Below are positions 12,101 through 27,100 of a DNA stretch of 64,000 nucleotides, piece by piece. The notes below the pieces were generated by a model. It made no database searches and had not been told where the DNA came from. It saw nothing but the letters and a program-made list of their open reading frames with translations. The position numbers and the translations under genes were made by a program. The DNA lies in NCBI GenBank assembly GCA_040285825.1, contig JAUPSS010000002.1, positions 2,418,001 through 2,482,000 of the forward strand, read 5' to 3'. Origin of the DNA: Eukaryota sp. TZLM1-RC (lineage: Eukaryota > Protista > Metamonada: BaSk clade). Each line of letters opens with the position of its first letter. The stretch's first letter is position 1.

Positions 12101-15100
12101 GTTCTTTTATTAATCAACAATTCTCTTCTTTTTCAGATTTAAATTCAATATCTTTTAACGAATTTGTACAAAACTCTACTGATTCAGCTCAACTTGAAGT
12201 TGTTGATGTCAACACCATTAATGTTTCTCATTTTGTACTTTCTGCTGGTACAGTTGTTTTCAATTCGGTTGACGATTCCGTTTACAATAACCTTGAGTTG
12301 AAATCTAATAATCCTGTTTCTTTTACCCAAACAAGGTCAAAATCTATCAAAATTTTGGACAATCTTTACATTTCTGACCAAGGTACCCTTTCTTTTGCTA
12401 ATGTTGAATTTGAATTTGATGTTCCAGGAATTGATCTTTTCGGCAATTTAAACTTAAATAATTTTCAGTTTGCTCCAACTATTCCTCATTTAGCTTTGTT
12501 CAATTCTGCTATTCTGAGTCTTAATACAGGAGATAATGTTATTATTAAAGATTACTTTAATGTTTATCATTCCTCAATTAGAAAAGGTTCTGATCATTTA
12601 ACCATCAGCAAAGATTCCATTTTTTCAGGTGGAACATTTGAAGAGTCTGGTACTACTGAATATCTTTCGTCCTTGTCAATTGAGACTAATTCGACTAAAG
12701 CTATTACCTCAAAAGCCAAATTAATTTTTAATAAAGTGGTTGATATTTCTTCCGAGGTTGATGAGCTTTTGTTTGGTGAATCTCAACTATTGTTTCGAGA
12801 TGTCGTCAATGTCCCCAGTGCTATTCACTTTAAACAAGTAGAATTTCCAAGATCAGAGTTTGAATTTGAGGATTGTTCAATTAATTTACTTCAAAATACT
12901 ACCATAGATCCTTTTATTTCTGGTAATGCTGTCTTTTCAATAGCTGATTCTTTAATTTTAACAGGAGGAAGTGACTTGAAATCCACTACTCTAGATATCG
13001 GCAATGTTGTTATTTTTGATTCCTTTTGTTTACCTTTCTGTGATCAATTGGTAGACTATTATTTTGATTCCAATTCAATTATTCGCCAATCTCCTAGTTA
13101 TTTAATTACCAAATTTAATGTTAGTGTTGTCTATTCAGGCAGTTATTTATTAGATTCTTTTTACATCCATCGGGATGGTAGTTTAAACTTTAAAGACTCA
13201 GATGCTATTGAATTGACTTCTATTCTTGTTGAGAATGGTAATTTTGTTTATGAATCTAGCACTTCTACTACAGGATTCACTAATTTGACCAAGTTTTCGT
13301 CTGTTGGCGGTTCTTCTTTATTTGAGTCAATCAATTCTCTCTATCTTTATGACGTTAATTTAATGGGAGGTGATTTACTCATTAAATCCAGCTCCACAGG
13401 GAACAATTTGTATTTACCTTTGATTTCTATTAAGAATGACTCTGTAATGGTTATTGAAGATTCGGAGACACAAGTTTCTTTTATTGATTTAGAAAGCGGA
13501 ACCTTTTCTTTCACCAATTATCCAACACTTCTTAAGGAACAATTATTTATTAACCAAGGGTCTATTTCATCTGGTGACTCCCATTTAACTCTTTCACATT
13601 CTTCTGTTACTTTTCTTTTTGGCAATGGAGACAAGCATTTGTTACCAAACTCGAATATTGCTCTTTATGGTAGCTTAGTTTTAGATTCTTCTGGTGTTTT
13701 CCATGGCCATTACAATGCAAAGTTTGAAGTTTTAGGTTCTGCCAATATTTCTATTATTCAACCTTCTGTTTGGCACAGTGCTGATGGGGTTGCCACTTTT
13801 CTTTTATCTTCAGCTGATTCAGTATTATCTGTGATGAATGATTTTGATATTTCTTGGTTTATTGAGTCAAAAGCCCAAATTAATGTCATTGATGATTCTA
13901 AATTTAGAATTGCTGGAGGTGGTTCGTTTGATTCTGATATTGTTTTATGTGCTAATTGTACTCTTGAATTAGCTGATGGGCATTTTATCTTTCCTTCTCA
14001 TTCCAAATTAAGAGGATTAAATAATACCTTGGATGCCACTTACTTTATTACTGACGGTTCTTCTGTACTATTTGAAGGCTTATTCCTACTTGATCCTAAT
14101 ATAATTCTTGGTTCTGGGTATTTACACTTTATGGAGGGCTCTGTTTACAACATTTCTTCTTTAATTGTTCCAAAAGGGGGTTTTATTGAGTTTTCGGAGT
14201 GTCCAAACACTGGTATTTTCAATGTTTCTTTATTAGACATTACAGGGGGTAGGGCTGTTTTAAATTCTTTGTCTTGTGAGTTTGTAACCTTTTTATTTTA
14301 TTTAGAAAATGGTCTATTTAACTCTAGTCTTATTACTGGAGACGTTTTAATTTCTGATTTCCATTCAATTAATTCAACAGTTACTTTTGGAGAGGTGAAC
14401 AGCGATTTTGTTGTGGAAAATGCAATGTCAATTTCTCATTCTGCTTTCAAATCAGACACAGTTGGAAATGATTGGTTAGTTAATTCTACTGAAATCATTG
14501 CCAGCAATTTTAATATCAGTTCTATAAGAAATTCTTTTAATACCGCGAATTTAAATGTATTCAACAGCACCTTCATTGTAGTTTCAATTCAAGAGTCACT
14601 CATTATCCAAAATGCCTCATTTACTGCCTCATTTGGACAAATTGATTATATTGGAAGTGATTTATCAATTGAGTCTTTAATTTCTATCAATAGTGTTCTT
14701 AATTTTATTGAAATTGGTAATAATTTCCTTATTTCCTCACCTCTTGATCTTGTTGATTCCAAGTTATTGGTTAATTCAGTTGGCTCAAAGGTTTATATTC
14801 CTTCTTTAACTGGGCTGAATTCAGAAATTAAGTTTATTAATATTGGTGGTGATTTTAATTTGGATGAACCACTTTTTCTATCAAACTCCTCTTTCAATTT
14901 GTATTTTATCACTGGAAACTTTACCGTTCCTGGTTTCATTGGCCAGGATTCCAGCCTTTCAATTTCCTCTGTTCATGGAGTCTTTAGAGACCCTATCATT
15001 TTTGATGAATGCGTTGTCATTATTAGTCATATTACCAGTTCCTTTATTTCTAATAATTTGTTTTTCATGTATGATTCCACTGTTTCTTTAACAACTATTA

Positions 15101-18100
15101 ACGAACATTTTGAAACTAATATTCTCGAGATGTCTCATGCTAAACTAAACATTAATTATATCAAATATTCTTTAACTACGCTTGCTTTTAATGTTTCAAA
15201 GGGGAATATTAATGTTAGGTCAATTCAAGAGTCACTCATTATCCAAAATGCCTCATTTACTGCCTCATTTGGACAAATTGATTATATTGGAAGTGATTTA
15301 TCAATTGAGTCTTTAATTTCTATCAATAGTGTTCTTAATTTTATTGAAATTGGTAATAATTTCCTTATTTCCTCACCTCTTGATCTTGTTGATTCCAAGT
15401 TATTGGTTAATTCAGTTGGCTCAAAGGTTTATATTCCTTCTTTAACTGGGCTGAATTCAGAAATTAAGTTTATTAATATTGGTGGTGATTTTAATTTGGA
15501 TGAACCACTCAGTTTAAGTAATTGTCAATTTGATTTGGTCAGAATTCATGGAGATCTTGTTATTCCTGGCTTAGTGTTTGATTATTCAGCAGTTGATTTA
15601 GTTTCTATTCTTGGTACCTTCAATGATCCTATTCAGTTCATTTCATCCAAAGTTTTGATTTCCAATATAACTACAAATTTTGAACCACATCATCCATTTC
15701 TTATTCAGGAATCTGTAGTTGATTTGCCTCGAGTTCAAGGTCATTTTCACACCAGTTCATTAGATTCCTTAAATTCTACTGTTCATTTTGGGCTAATCCA
15801 AGGTCCATTGTTGTTTTATTCTGGATACATTTCTAACGAATCAATGTTTTCTATTAATTCTATCGAAGGTAGCGTCATGGTTTCCTCAGAGTTGCAAGTC
15901 TCAAATTCTATAGCCTTTTTTGGTATTATTGATGGTAAATTGGCTACTTCAAATCTCAATGTCACTGAAGGAAAACTCAATGTAGTTTCAATTCAAGAGT
16001 CACTCATTATCCAAAATGCCTCATTTACTGATTCATTTGGACAAATTGATTATATTGGAAGTGATTTATCAATTGAGTCCTTAATTTCTATCAATAGTGT
16101 TCTTAATTTTTTTGAAATTGGTAATAATTTCCTTATTTCCTCACCTCTTGATCTTGTTGATTCCAAGTTATTGGTTAATTCAGTTGGCTCAAAGGTTTAT
16201 ATTCCTTCTTTAACTAGGCTGAATTCAGAAATTAAGTTTATTAATATTGGTGGTAATTTTACTTTGGATGAACCTTTATACATAACTAATGGTAAGTTTG
16301 AATTAACTTTTGTTGGAGGTAATGTTTTTGTTCCTGGTTTAGTTGTCGAAGATGCTGAACTATCTTTCAATTTCATTGAAGGTGAAGTGAATATTCCTTT
16401 TATTAATCTTTTATCTGGAATTGTGGAATTTGATACTATTGAACAGGATATTACTATTGATTCATTAAGAGTTGCTGGAGGTGATGTTATTTTCAAAGAT
16501 TTATCTGGTAATTTAATTATAAATGGAATGGATTTAAATGGGGGTTCTCTTATTTTTGATGAATTAATTACCCCTCTTGCTCTCAAATTCCTCAACATCA
16601 ATGGTACTTTTGTTTCATTCAATACTAATCATGATGTTACTATTGATGTTGTCAGAATTCATGGTTATTCAACTGTCTCTGGCGAGGATTTAGTTTTTAT
16701 TACCGAATATTTTGAATGGTTTGGCGGTAGTATTGACAGTGCTTTGATTGAAACTGGTCCAGAAGCCCAAGTTTTTATAGGGTCAGAGCACTTTAAATTT
16801 ATTGATGATTCTACAATTTCGGTGAAATACACAATAGATTTCATCGACAACCCAACTATTCTTCTTGGAAGTGATTCTTTAATTGATTTTGGTTCCTCTC
16901 TTTTGATCAATTTCCAAACATTTACCAGTTTATATTCCATTAATGAAGATAGTAAAGGTAATGTTTTAATTCTTGGTGGTGATGTTGAATTTGCAAGTGC
17001 TTCTATTATTTTTGATTTATTTGTTGAGTTTCATGGAGTTGGAAAAGCTAATGAAACACTTTTCAGTTTTTCTTTTGGATCTTTTTTTACTGGAACTCTT
17101 GAATTAATTGGCGAATGTGAATTTAATATTTTGGACAAGGGAGTTTATGAATTTGATGAGAATTCCAAATTAATTGGTCCATTTACTTATCTCAATGTTG
17201 GTTATACTGAATCTTCTATTACTACCTCACCAACTGTTATTTTCAATGGCTCGTTTTCCTTAAATCCTTCAGTTTTGATTGAATTTGGGTCTGTTTACTT
17301 TGAGTCTTTATGTTCATTTGAAATTCATAACCTTACAGTATTTCACCCAGGTAAGGCAGAATTCAATGGTGTTTCAGGTCCTTTATGGACACTTAATCAC
17401 CTTGAAGTCTCTGGAATTCTTCACATTTTTGATCTTCATCGTCCTTTGAATGTTTACTTTTACCAAGTATATGGCTCCAAGTCCTTTGTTCATTGGAAAT
17501 CTATTAAGAAGCCGGTTATGTTTAAAAATTCTGTATTTGTGAGTGATGGAAAGCTCAAATATGAAAATTTCCCTAATATTTACCACTCTCTTTTACAAAT
17601 CAATAGTGCAGAGCTCATCACTGAAGTCACCAAATCATTAAAGGTAACTAAACTTGAAAGTTCCAATTCAGACATAATATTTAATTCCAACCCCAATCCC
17701 ATTAAAGTTGAAGTACTCTTATTATCTTCTTCCCAGTTGACCAGTTCAACTGATAATGATTTGTTTATCACCAGAGCTACCATTGACACATCATCATTAC
17801 GTGGCTCGGATCATGCATTTATTGATGATTTGGTTTTTAATTCAGGACATTTCTATACCGATGTTACCTCTGTGACTGCTTTGCTCACTAGTGAAGGAAC
17901 TAAGAATTTCCGTCAAGGTGTTTTGTTTACAATTACTACCCACGGAGTTTATGATGGAGGTCAATTTACTGGTTTTAGTAATGCTGAAATCGTTATTGAG
18001 AAGTCCTCTGTTTTTGAATTAAATGGTCCTAAGCTTTTTTACACTGGATCTACTTCGCCTAGAAATTTCCACAATTCAGCCAAACTTTCAATATTTGGTT

Positions 18101-21100
18101 CGGTTTCTCGATCTGCTGGTGGTTCTTTTGATTGTTCTTTTGAATTATTTATTGAACAAGATGGTCAATTGGATTTCCTTGATGGTTTAATTTACTTACT
18201 CGCTGGGGGTTATAATAAGGGGCATTTCCATTTGCATAACTCTGCTAGTATTAGGCTGGGTCCTTCTAGAACTAAATTTGGCTATGAATTTGGACATAAA
18301 AGCTTTGAATTGCTCCCTGGATCAGTTACTGAATTTAATGGTTCTCTTTCTATGGATAGGTTCTCAATCTTGAATACTTATTCCTCATTTTCCTTAAGTT
18401 CTTTTGATTGTGATTCTGGTTCATTTTACTTTGGTCCTGAAACTATTTTAGATGTTTATACTGATGCTATTCATTGCACTTCACATTGTGTAGTTGTTTT
18501 TGATTCCCCTGCAGTTCCTGTAGAGTTGGACTCTATAACTGTTCAGGGTGGAGGATCTATTACTTTGAATAATTTCAAACAATTTACTTTTATTCATTTC
18601 AATTCTCTTTTAATTGAAGATTCTGTAGTTGTATTCAACTCTGGACAGAATGTCATTATTGGTGCTCTTGATTTAGTTAGCGGAATTCTTGAAGGTCTTG
18701 ATACAGTGCAAGTGGATTCTAATTGGAATTGGAAATCTGGTAGAATTGGAAGTCCTCGGTCATTCACTTCAACAACCACTTTTGTTTTGAATTCAGATTG
18801 TGAGTCTTTAATAGAAACTCAAAGACCAAAACATTTAGCTTATGACTCTGTACTAGAAAACTCCGGTGAGCTTACTCTAGTTCATTATTTCCCGTTCTTC
18901 ATTTATAGAAGCTCTAGCATAGTCAATAGTGGAATTTTCTTTTATGGTAAAATGTGTGGTGCTTCTATTTGCGACAACTTAGCCAGCTTTGATTTTTCTG
19001 CTGTTGATATTGATATAAGTGTCGAGTATCCTGATGTTTCTTTTAGACCTACTATTCTCAACATTGGTGACTTTGTTAAATTAGACGGAACTTTTACCTT
19101 AACTAATAATCTTCCATTTAATCAAACTGGTACTGGAACATTTACTTTAAATGGACGATTTAATCAGCGTAACAGTGATTCAAATCTTGATGGTCTTTTT
19201 ACTATTTATCCCAGTGCTCTATTTGATATTGGTAGTAGCACTGGTACGGTTAAACAATCTTCTGTTTGGAATGGTTTAGAAGGACGTTTAAGAACTAGTT
19301 CTGGTGGTACTATCAATTTCAATGGTTATTACAACCTGACTTTAGATTTCCAGCATTCTATTGGAACATTCACTTTCAAAAAACATTCTGATTATGAGCT
19401 TGATTCAATTGCAATCAGTGGGGGTAGGGTAAATTTACCTTATGGTAAAGAAAGAAGTGATATTTTTGATTTGAGAAAAATCCATTCCACAGGAGGAACT
19501 CTCAATATTGATAATGTAAACCAACTAGTTGATATTGATGAATTCACTCAAACCAATGGTGTGGTGAATATCGACACTGTGAATAACTTTCTCAACTTTG
19601 GCACAATGGCTCTTTCTCAAGATTCTGGTCGTACGAATATTATCAATGTGTTAAGGAATGTTACTTTTGCTAACAAAGTCACCAACACTAATGGGACATT
19701 AATCATGAAAAACTTGCAAGAGTGGTTGGTGTTTCAGTCTGGCATTTATATCGGAAGTTCACACAGATTTGATCTCACAACTGTTGAAAACAATGTTTTT
19801 ACTCCTAAGTCATTTGATCTTCGTGGAGCAGTCAACTTTATTGATTTGAAACAAAAGCTCATTATTGATGACTATTTCAATGTTTCCACTAGTTCAGCTA
19901 GGGTTAAGTTTAGTGAAATTCTTAACGACGTTATCATCAGAAAAGGTCTATTTGTTTTTAATGGTCAAACTGAGTTTAGTTCTATTTCTGGTAATACTTT
20001 TCTACCTTTTATCCATGCATATTCTGGTTCTCTCAAGTTATTGACAATTAAAAATCTCTATCTAAGTACTGAAATCCTTAGTGAAACTTCTTTAACTGTT
20101 GATAATTATGTTTTTATTGAAAGTCCTCGATTAATTACTCGACCAGGTTCAGCAGCAGTTTTCAAAAATGGTATTTCCCATATTGATGTTGATTTTGTTC
20201 AAGGTACTGGTGGTTATTGTAATGTTATTACTCTGCCAACATTTGAAACTACAGAATTCAAACCCCATGGTGGTAACTTTTTATTCCAAAGTCTCAGCTC
20301 TACCTTTATTTTACCAAATTTTGAAATTAGATCTGGCTCATTAGTTGAGTTGAGGTCTTTTGTTTCATTCTCTCCCAAATTGCCAATAGTTAAAATTCTT
20401 GATGGTAGTTTAAGACTTGCATCTGGAAAGTCAGTCACAATTGACCACTTAGTCTTGGATGGATCAAACGCCAAGAGAGATGGTAGTGATATAGCTAATG
20501 TTAATAACGAGATCTTTTTCAAACAAGGTTGTTTCTGTGGTGGTGTTACTAAGTCACTTCAACCTTTAAGACTTACAACTAGTGGTAGAAAGGATATTTT
20601 TGCTGAATTACATGCTAACGTTCTGTGTGAAATTGAAGTGAATAATGGTCAAATTCGCGGAAATTCTAATGGTAAACTTTATTTAGAAGACGAAACTAAT
20701 ATCACTGGAGACTTTTGGTTTAGTAGCACTACTAGTAGTAATTACCCAGTCATTTATGTGGAGGATACAATGACATTTTCTACAGCTCAAAATAGAAGAA
20801 GAATTGATTGGTTTATTGATATTGCCGTAAATACCATTCATTATTTGAATGACTTTGAGTTATTGTTTGGTGATGGTGGTGGTGTTATTAGAGCAACTTT
20901 TTATTTACAACCAAATACTAAATTAGCTTTTGGTAGTAATCAAGCCATTAATTCTAGAACTCATCATTTATTCACTGCCACTTCCATTGTCAATTGTGAT
21001 ACTTGTACATTTGATTTCAGAACTAATTCAGCTTGGGTGAAGTATAATGGTCAATTTAATCTTTTTACAGAACATGTGCAAAATTATGGTCGGTTTGAGC

Positions 21101-24100
21101 TCTTCTCTACAGCACGTCATCCTATTAAAAAATTCGTACTTTCCAATTGTGATGTTCATTTGCTACACGAAATTTTTGATGGTGCTGATACTGACTACAA
21201 TGTAGAACTATTTGAATTAAATCAATGTGGAAGACTCAATATTGTCAATTCTAGGTATAATTTGAATATTGAAAACTTGGCAATTAATGGTGGTTCAGTA
21301 GAAATTTCCAATCATGACCATCATTTACTATTGAATTCTGCTGTACTTAATGGTGGTGCGTTCATGTTGAATAACTTTATTCATCCTGTTAGTTTTCCAG
21401 ATGTTACTGTCAATTCAGGATTTATTTGGCTTAATACATGTCATGATGTTCATTTTGACCACTTTGTTATGCGGAATCCTGTGGATCCATCAAGAGTTAC
21501 GTGTTTTAGCAGTATTAATTTCCAACCTATTTATAATGATAATTCTTATAATAATTCGCTTTTAGCTGGTTATGATTCTGTTACTTTGGACTTTACTCAG
21601 TGGCTAGGTGGTTCTATTGAAGTTGAGGTTGATTTCATGATTGACCTTCACTCGGTCGATGCAGGAGATCGAGGTTTTAGTAAGGGCAAATATGTAAATA
21701 TTCATGATACAGCTAATCTTGGAGGCCCTGGTGATTTCTATCTTACTGGCCCCAGTACTTGGACAATTTTAGATGTCGCCCATTTGGAATTCTGGTCTCA
21801 AGTGTTTTTCCATTGTATGTTATGTGATTCATTACCTACTTTTATCAATTATGGTCATTTAAATTTCCCAATCCCAGATATCAGTGTTACTTTGGATTTT
21901 ATTATCCACAACTACAATTTATTTACCTCTGAAGAAAATACTGAAATTACTTTTAATGGACCAAGTACTTCTTATGGTTCTTCCAAATACTTAATGGAAG
22001 ACGGTTCTGGTCTGCATTTGCGACATTACAGCCATACTTTTAAAGATGGAATGATTGGGGTTGGGGACGGTAATATTCATATGGATAATTGGAATTTTAA
22101 TACTCACACAAGGAAATGGTCGCCAGAAAACAAGGTGTTATTTGATGGCACTTGGGATTTATCCCCTATTTTCATTCAACCTACTGGGAATTGGGTTTTT
22201 GGAAAGAATGCGTTTATTAACCTTACTGAAATTCATTTAACCGAAAGAGCTCACGTTTTAGTAGATGGTTCCCGTTCAGCTTCTGGCAATTGGACCTTTG
22301 ATAGATTAAATATTAATACCCATAGTTGGTTTATTATTGATGGTACTGATGAAGAAATTACTTCAAGATCCCTAGTTATGTCTTCTGATGAGTTTATTCG
22401 ATTTAGAAAGTCTTCCGAAGCCCTTGAATTTACTGATATTGAATTATATAATGGAGAAGCTGAATTTAGTACCTCTCACCACCTTAATTTCCAGTCACTT
22501 ATTGTAGATGGTGGTACTAAGAGCGGTTCTGATCATATTACCACTAATGAATTTGCATGGAATTGTGGTATAATTGAAGGCTCAGGTACTATTTTCATCA
22601 AGTCTAAAGGTACTATTGGTACTTGTAGTTCTACCCAATGGTTATCCAGCCCTCCTGTTAAACAATTAAGGGGTACTTCTAAATTAGTCTTCCTTCCTGG
22701 TTCTGAACTATTTATAAATACTGAGGATGCAGTAAATTTGTATGATTCTACCACAATTGTTATTGAGGGTTATACTGAAATGATTAATGCCTATTTCCTT
22801 GAACGTAGTCAAAACAATGTAATTTCATTTATGGGTCCTTTAACTGAAGCTATTACTGGTGCTTACAGGGTATTTGATGCACCAGTAGAGATTTTATATG
22901 GAGAATTTCATCTTAAATCCGGTACTATTAATCCAAGACGAACATTGAATGTATATTCTGATTTCTACAGTTATGGCGACTCTGCACTTTTATTTGGTCA
23001 TGTTGATCATAATTCTACTCATTATTTCCATTCAACATCCCAATATATTGAAGTCAAGGAAAATGACTTTCAGTCTGCTAGATTTGAACCCACAACAAGT
23101 TCAACCGAAGTAATTGTAGAAGGTACTTTCAACACTTCTTTATTACACTTTTCTATAGGAACTATTACTTTTACTGGTCCAATTGATTTGGATATTGCTG
23201 AAATTCGTCTCGTTAATCTCGCTGTTCTGCAATTCATTTCCCTTGATAATGATTTAGGAAGTGTACGTGGTTTCGATCTTCGTGGTAATTCCTTAATGCT
23301 TTTCAATACTGGTCAAGGTATAATTACTTTTGATGGTTTTGGACTTCTAGATGAAAATGCTGAAATTTTTGGAGTCAATGATGATATTCAAATTATTGGA
23401 AATTCTTCTTCTTTTGAATGGAATGGAGGATCTTTTGCTGGTGATATCACAGTAGATTTGTTTACCTCTCTTACTATTGCAGGACAAAATCCCAAAGCAA
23501 TTCGCTTAGGGGCAGTTGTTATTGCTCATGAAGAACTAGAATGGAATTCCAATGGTAATTTATTTGGTTATGATGGTTCAAAATTAGTTGTTTCTGAAGA
23601 GGGTTCACTCAAGTTCGTATCTAATGGCCAGTTTGATTGTAGGGGTAGTTTTACTAATTCTGATAAGGTATGTGATGCTTTTATTGAAATTTTTGGAACT
23701 GCTTCAATTGACCCTTTTTCAATGAGAGTTGTGTCCTATTGGGGAATTTTTGTAGAAGGGAAGTTCACCTTGAATATGGGTTTATTTGAAGCATTTTCAT
23801 TTATACGAGGTGATGGTTCTTTGATAATCAATTATGGAACAACTTTTTCTTTCACCTCAGCTTCTGAAGATTCATTATTGGGTCCTAATTCAAATATTCT
23901 TTCAACTGGTACTATTAATCTTTTTGAATGGACAACCGTTTATATTCAAGGTACTTTTGAAACTGATCAATTGGTATCTGTTGGTGAAGGTACTTTAGTT
24001 TTCCATGATTCTGCTGTTTTAGTCAATCAATTTGATTTGACTGTTGTTGTTGGTAATGCTATTTTTAATAAGGTAACTCAAATGGTTCCCTTAAATACTG

Positions 24101-27100
24101 TTCACTGTGAGTATGGTAACGTTACCTTCAACACTGAAAGCGTAGTGACGATTGACGATCTTTTAATTGATCACGGTTTCCTCCATGGATCTGATCAAGT
24201 AGAAGTGTTAAATCAGCTTTTATGGCAAGGATCTGGCGGTCTTGGTAAAGATTCTAATGTTTTCAACTTGGCTTATGGCGAAGCAACTGTTCCAGACACT
24301 ACAAGAGTAATGGAAAAAAATGCTACACTTACTAATAAGGGCTACTTTTTATTTAGTGGTTATCAAGAGTTACTCGGTTATGGTGCAAATATTATCAACA
24401 CCGAAGAAGGACATATGCTGTTCACTGACTTAATCAAATGGGAAAGAGCTTCTTTCACAAACGAGTCATTAATGGATTCCTATTTCATTAATTATGGAAG
24501 TATTGATGTTACTGTTACTCAATTTGACTGCCAATTTGTCTTTTTGCATTATGGAGTTTTGAACCTTATTCTAGGAGAGTTTTACTTTGCTGGCGGTGGT
24601 AGTTCTTTTGGTCCAGTTTATGCAATGTTTGGTACAACTGTTGGTGTTGATGATCGTCCATTTACCTTTGAAAGTGGTAACAATTCATACATTGAGGGTA
24701 ATAATTTCTTCTTTGGGCTACGAAATCCCACTGGTATATTTTATTTAAAAACAAGGTTTTCTTTAAAGCAGTGCACTATTCAGGACAATGGTCGATTCTA
24801 CATCACTGACGATGCTTTTATTGCTGAAGAAGTATCAGTTGTTGTTAGGGGTACTCAAGTTGTCTTTGAAGATTTCATTAATCCAGATGTTTCTTTCACT
24901 AGCCTTGAACTTGGTTTTAATTCTATAGTTTCAATGGTTACTGGTCATCATATAACAATCGATGAGTTGTTGATTAATGGTGGATTCAGAGGAGGAACTG
25001 ATACAGTTACAGTCAAGAATCAGTTTGAGTTTAGAGCTGGTGGAGGTTTCCAAGATGAGTCAATTACTTATGCTGAACAAGGTTCTATTTTTATTGATAT
25101 TTTTGAAAAAGAATTCAAGGATTTATCCACTGTTATTTTCAATGGTCCAGTGATTTGGCTTCAAGAAAGTGATATCAGAGGTGGTCTTAATACTACCATT
25201 GTGTTTAATGATGTACTTGAAATCCATGATACTGGTAATTTTGTATTATATGACTGGGATGAATATGAACCAATGACCTCCCCTAATCCAGTCACTATTC
25301 CTTCTCAACATTCAACTCCAGATAGTTTACCAGTAGTCTTTGTGAATCATGGGATGGATTTAACCTCTGATTGGGAAGATATTGAATTTAAGTTTGAATG
25401 GGAGTTACAAAATTATGGTAACATCACAATTCCAGAAACTTTTGTTATGAAGGTTCTTTCTGGAGGTTTTGATTCCCATCCATCACGTTTACTTTCCTCT
25501 CCTGGATCTACTCTTGAAGTTGGTGCTCCTTATCCCTATATTTATAATGAAGATACTTGGTTTTATGCAAATAGATCAACACTTAAAATGACTCCAGGAT
25601 CTTTAATGTCTTTTAATGGGTTTGTTTGCTTTGATTACGCTGATATTGGACCTGCGGGAACAATTATTGTAAGAGAAAATGCAACCATGTGTAGGCATAC
25701 TAATCTCATTATCGAAGGTACTGAATTAATTATTGAAGGAGATGCTTATATCTGTGATTTAATTATGAAGGCTGATTACACTGGTAGTTCTGGTAGTCGG
25801 TTGTTTATCACTTGTTCACTCACTTGGTATAGGGGTGTTTTTGGCGGTGGTTCATTTATTTTCATTGAACCCCAAGCTACTTTCTTACTGGAATTAGATC
25901 CTGAAATAGAAGAACCAAAAGAAGATGAGATTTATCATGTCCTTGGGGAAGGTACTTCATTTGTGAATTATGGTTCTGGGTTAATCAAGTTTGATTTATA
26001 TGGTGATGTTGGTACTCAGTTTATTAATGAAGGTGATTTGAAATTGGAAAGGGGAAATTGGTCAAACCTTAACAATCAATCCTTATCATGGGCTAATTTG
26101 ATCAATAGAAATGATTTGTTAATTCAATCTTCTGGAGTTGTTAATTTCGATTGGAATGTTACCCAGGAACATGGTCATTTTAAGCTGGAAAAGGGTCACT
26201 TTAATGCCAGTGGTTTTGGTTTTGTTTCTGGTTTATTTGAACTTTCCTCGGATACAATCTTTACTATTAACTCTGGATTTACTTTCATTAATTCCAATGT
26301 CAAGTTTTATTCACCGAATCTGGTAGTAAATGATGCTTTTATAACATTCATCAACAGTTCTGTTAATTGGGAAGGGATTGACTATGATTTTAACTTTGAA
26401 GACTCAGTATTAACTTTTGATAAAGATACTATTATAGGAAGGTCTCCTGGCCTATTCACTTTGATTGACGGTTTAATTGAAATTTTGGATGTTTCTAATG
26501 AGTTTACCCTCAATAAGTTTAAACAAACTGATGGATTGCTTTATGTGTCTTCTTTGGTTTCTGATCCCATTATTGCAAACTACCAATTCCAAGGTGGTGT
26601 TGTTAACTCTGCTTCTGTTTGGTCTGTGTCAGATTTTGATTTCGAATCAGGTGAGTTTGTTGGTGTTGATGTCTTCAATCCCCAAAAGTTTACGATCAAA
26701 ACTGATGGAGAAAAAATTTGTAATACTCACCTCAATATTTCGTCTGGAGTCTTTGAATCTGGAACTGTTCTAGGTACCGATAACTGTGTGATTTCTAGTC
26801 CCAACTTTATTGTTGAAACATTATCTGTGGTCAAACTTGAAGGGTGTTCTGCTGTTTTCAATAACCAACAATTATTACATGTTAAATCTGGAACTTTTAA
26901 ATTTAACTTTGGTGAATTAAATGGAGGCAATGTTCTTGTGGATTCTCATCTTCTGCTCACTAAATGTCCAACTGTTTTCAACTCGAATTTAAATGTTTCA
27001 AATGATGGTAAAGTTTCGTTTAATTCTGATGTAGTTCTTTCAGAAGATTCTAAAATTCAAGGAAGTGGTACCATAGAGATCAATAGTAATGTGGTTATTA

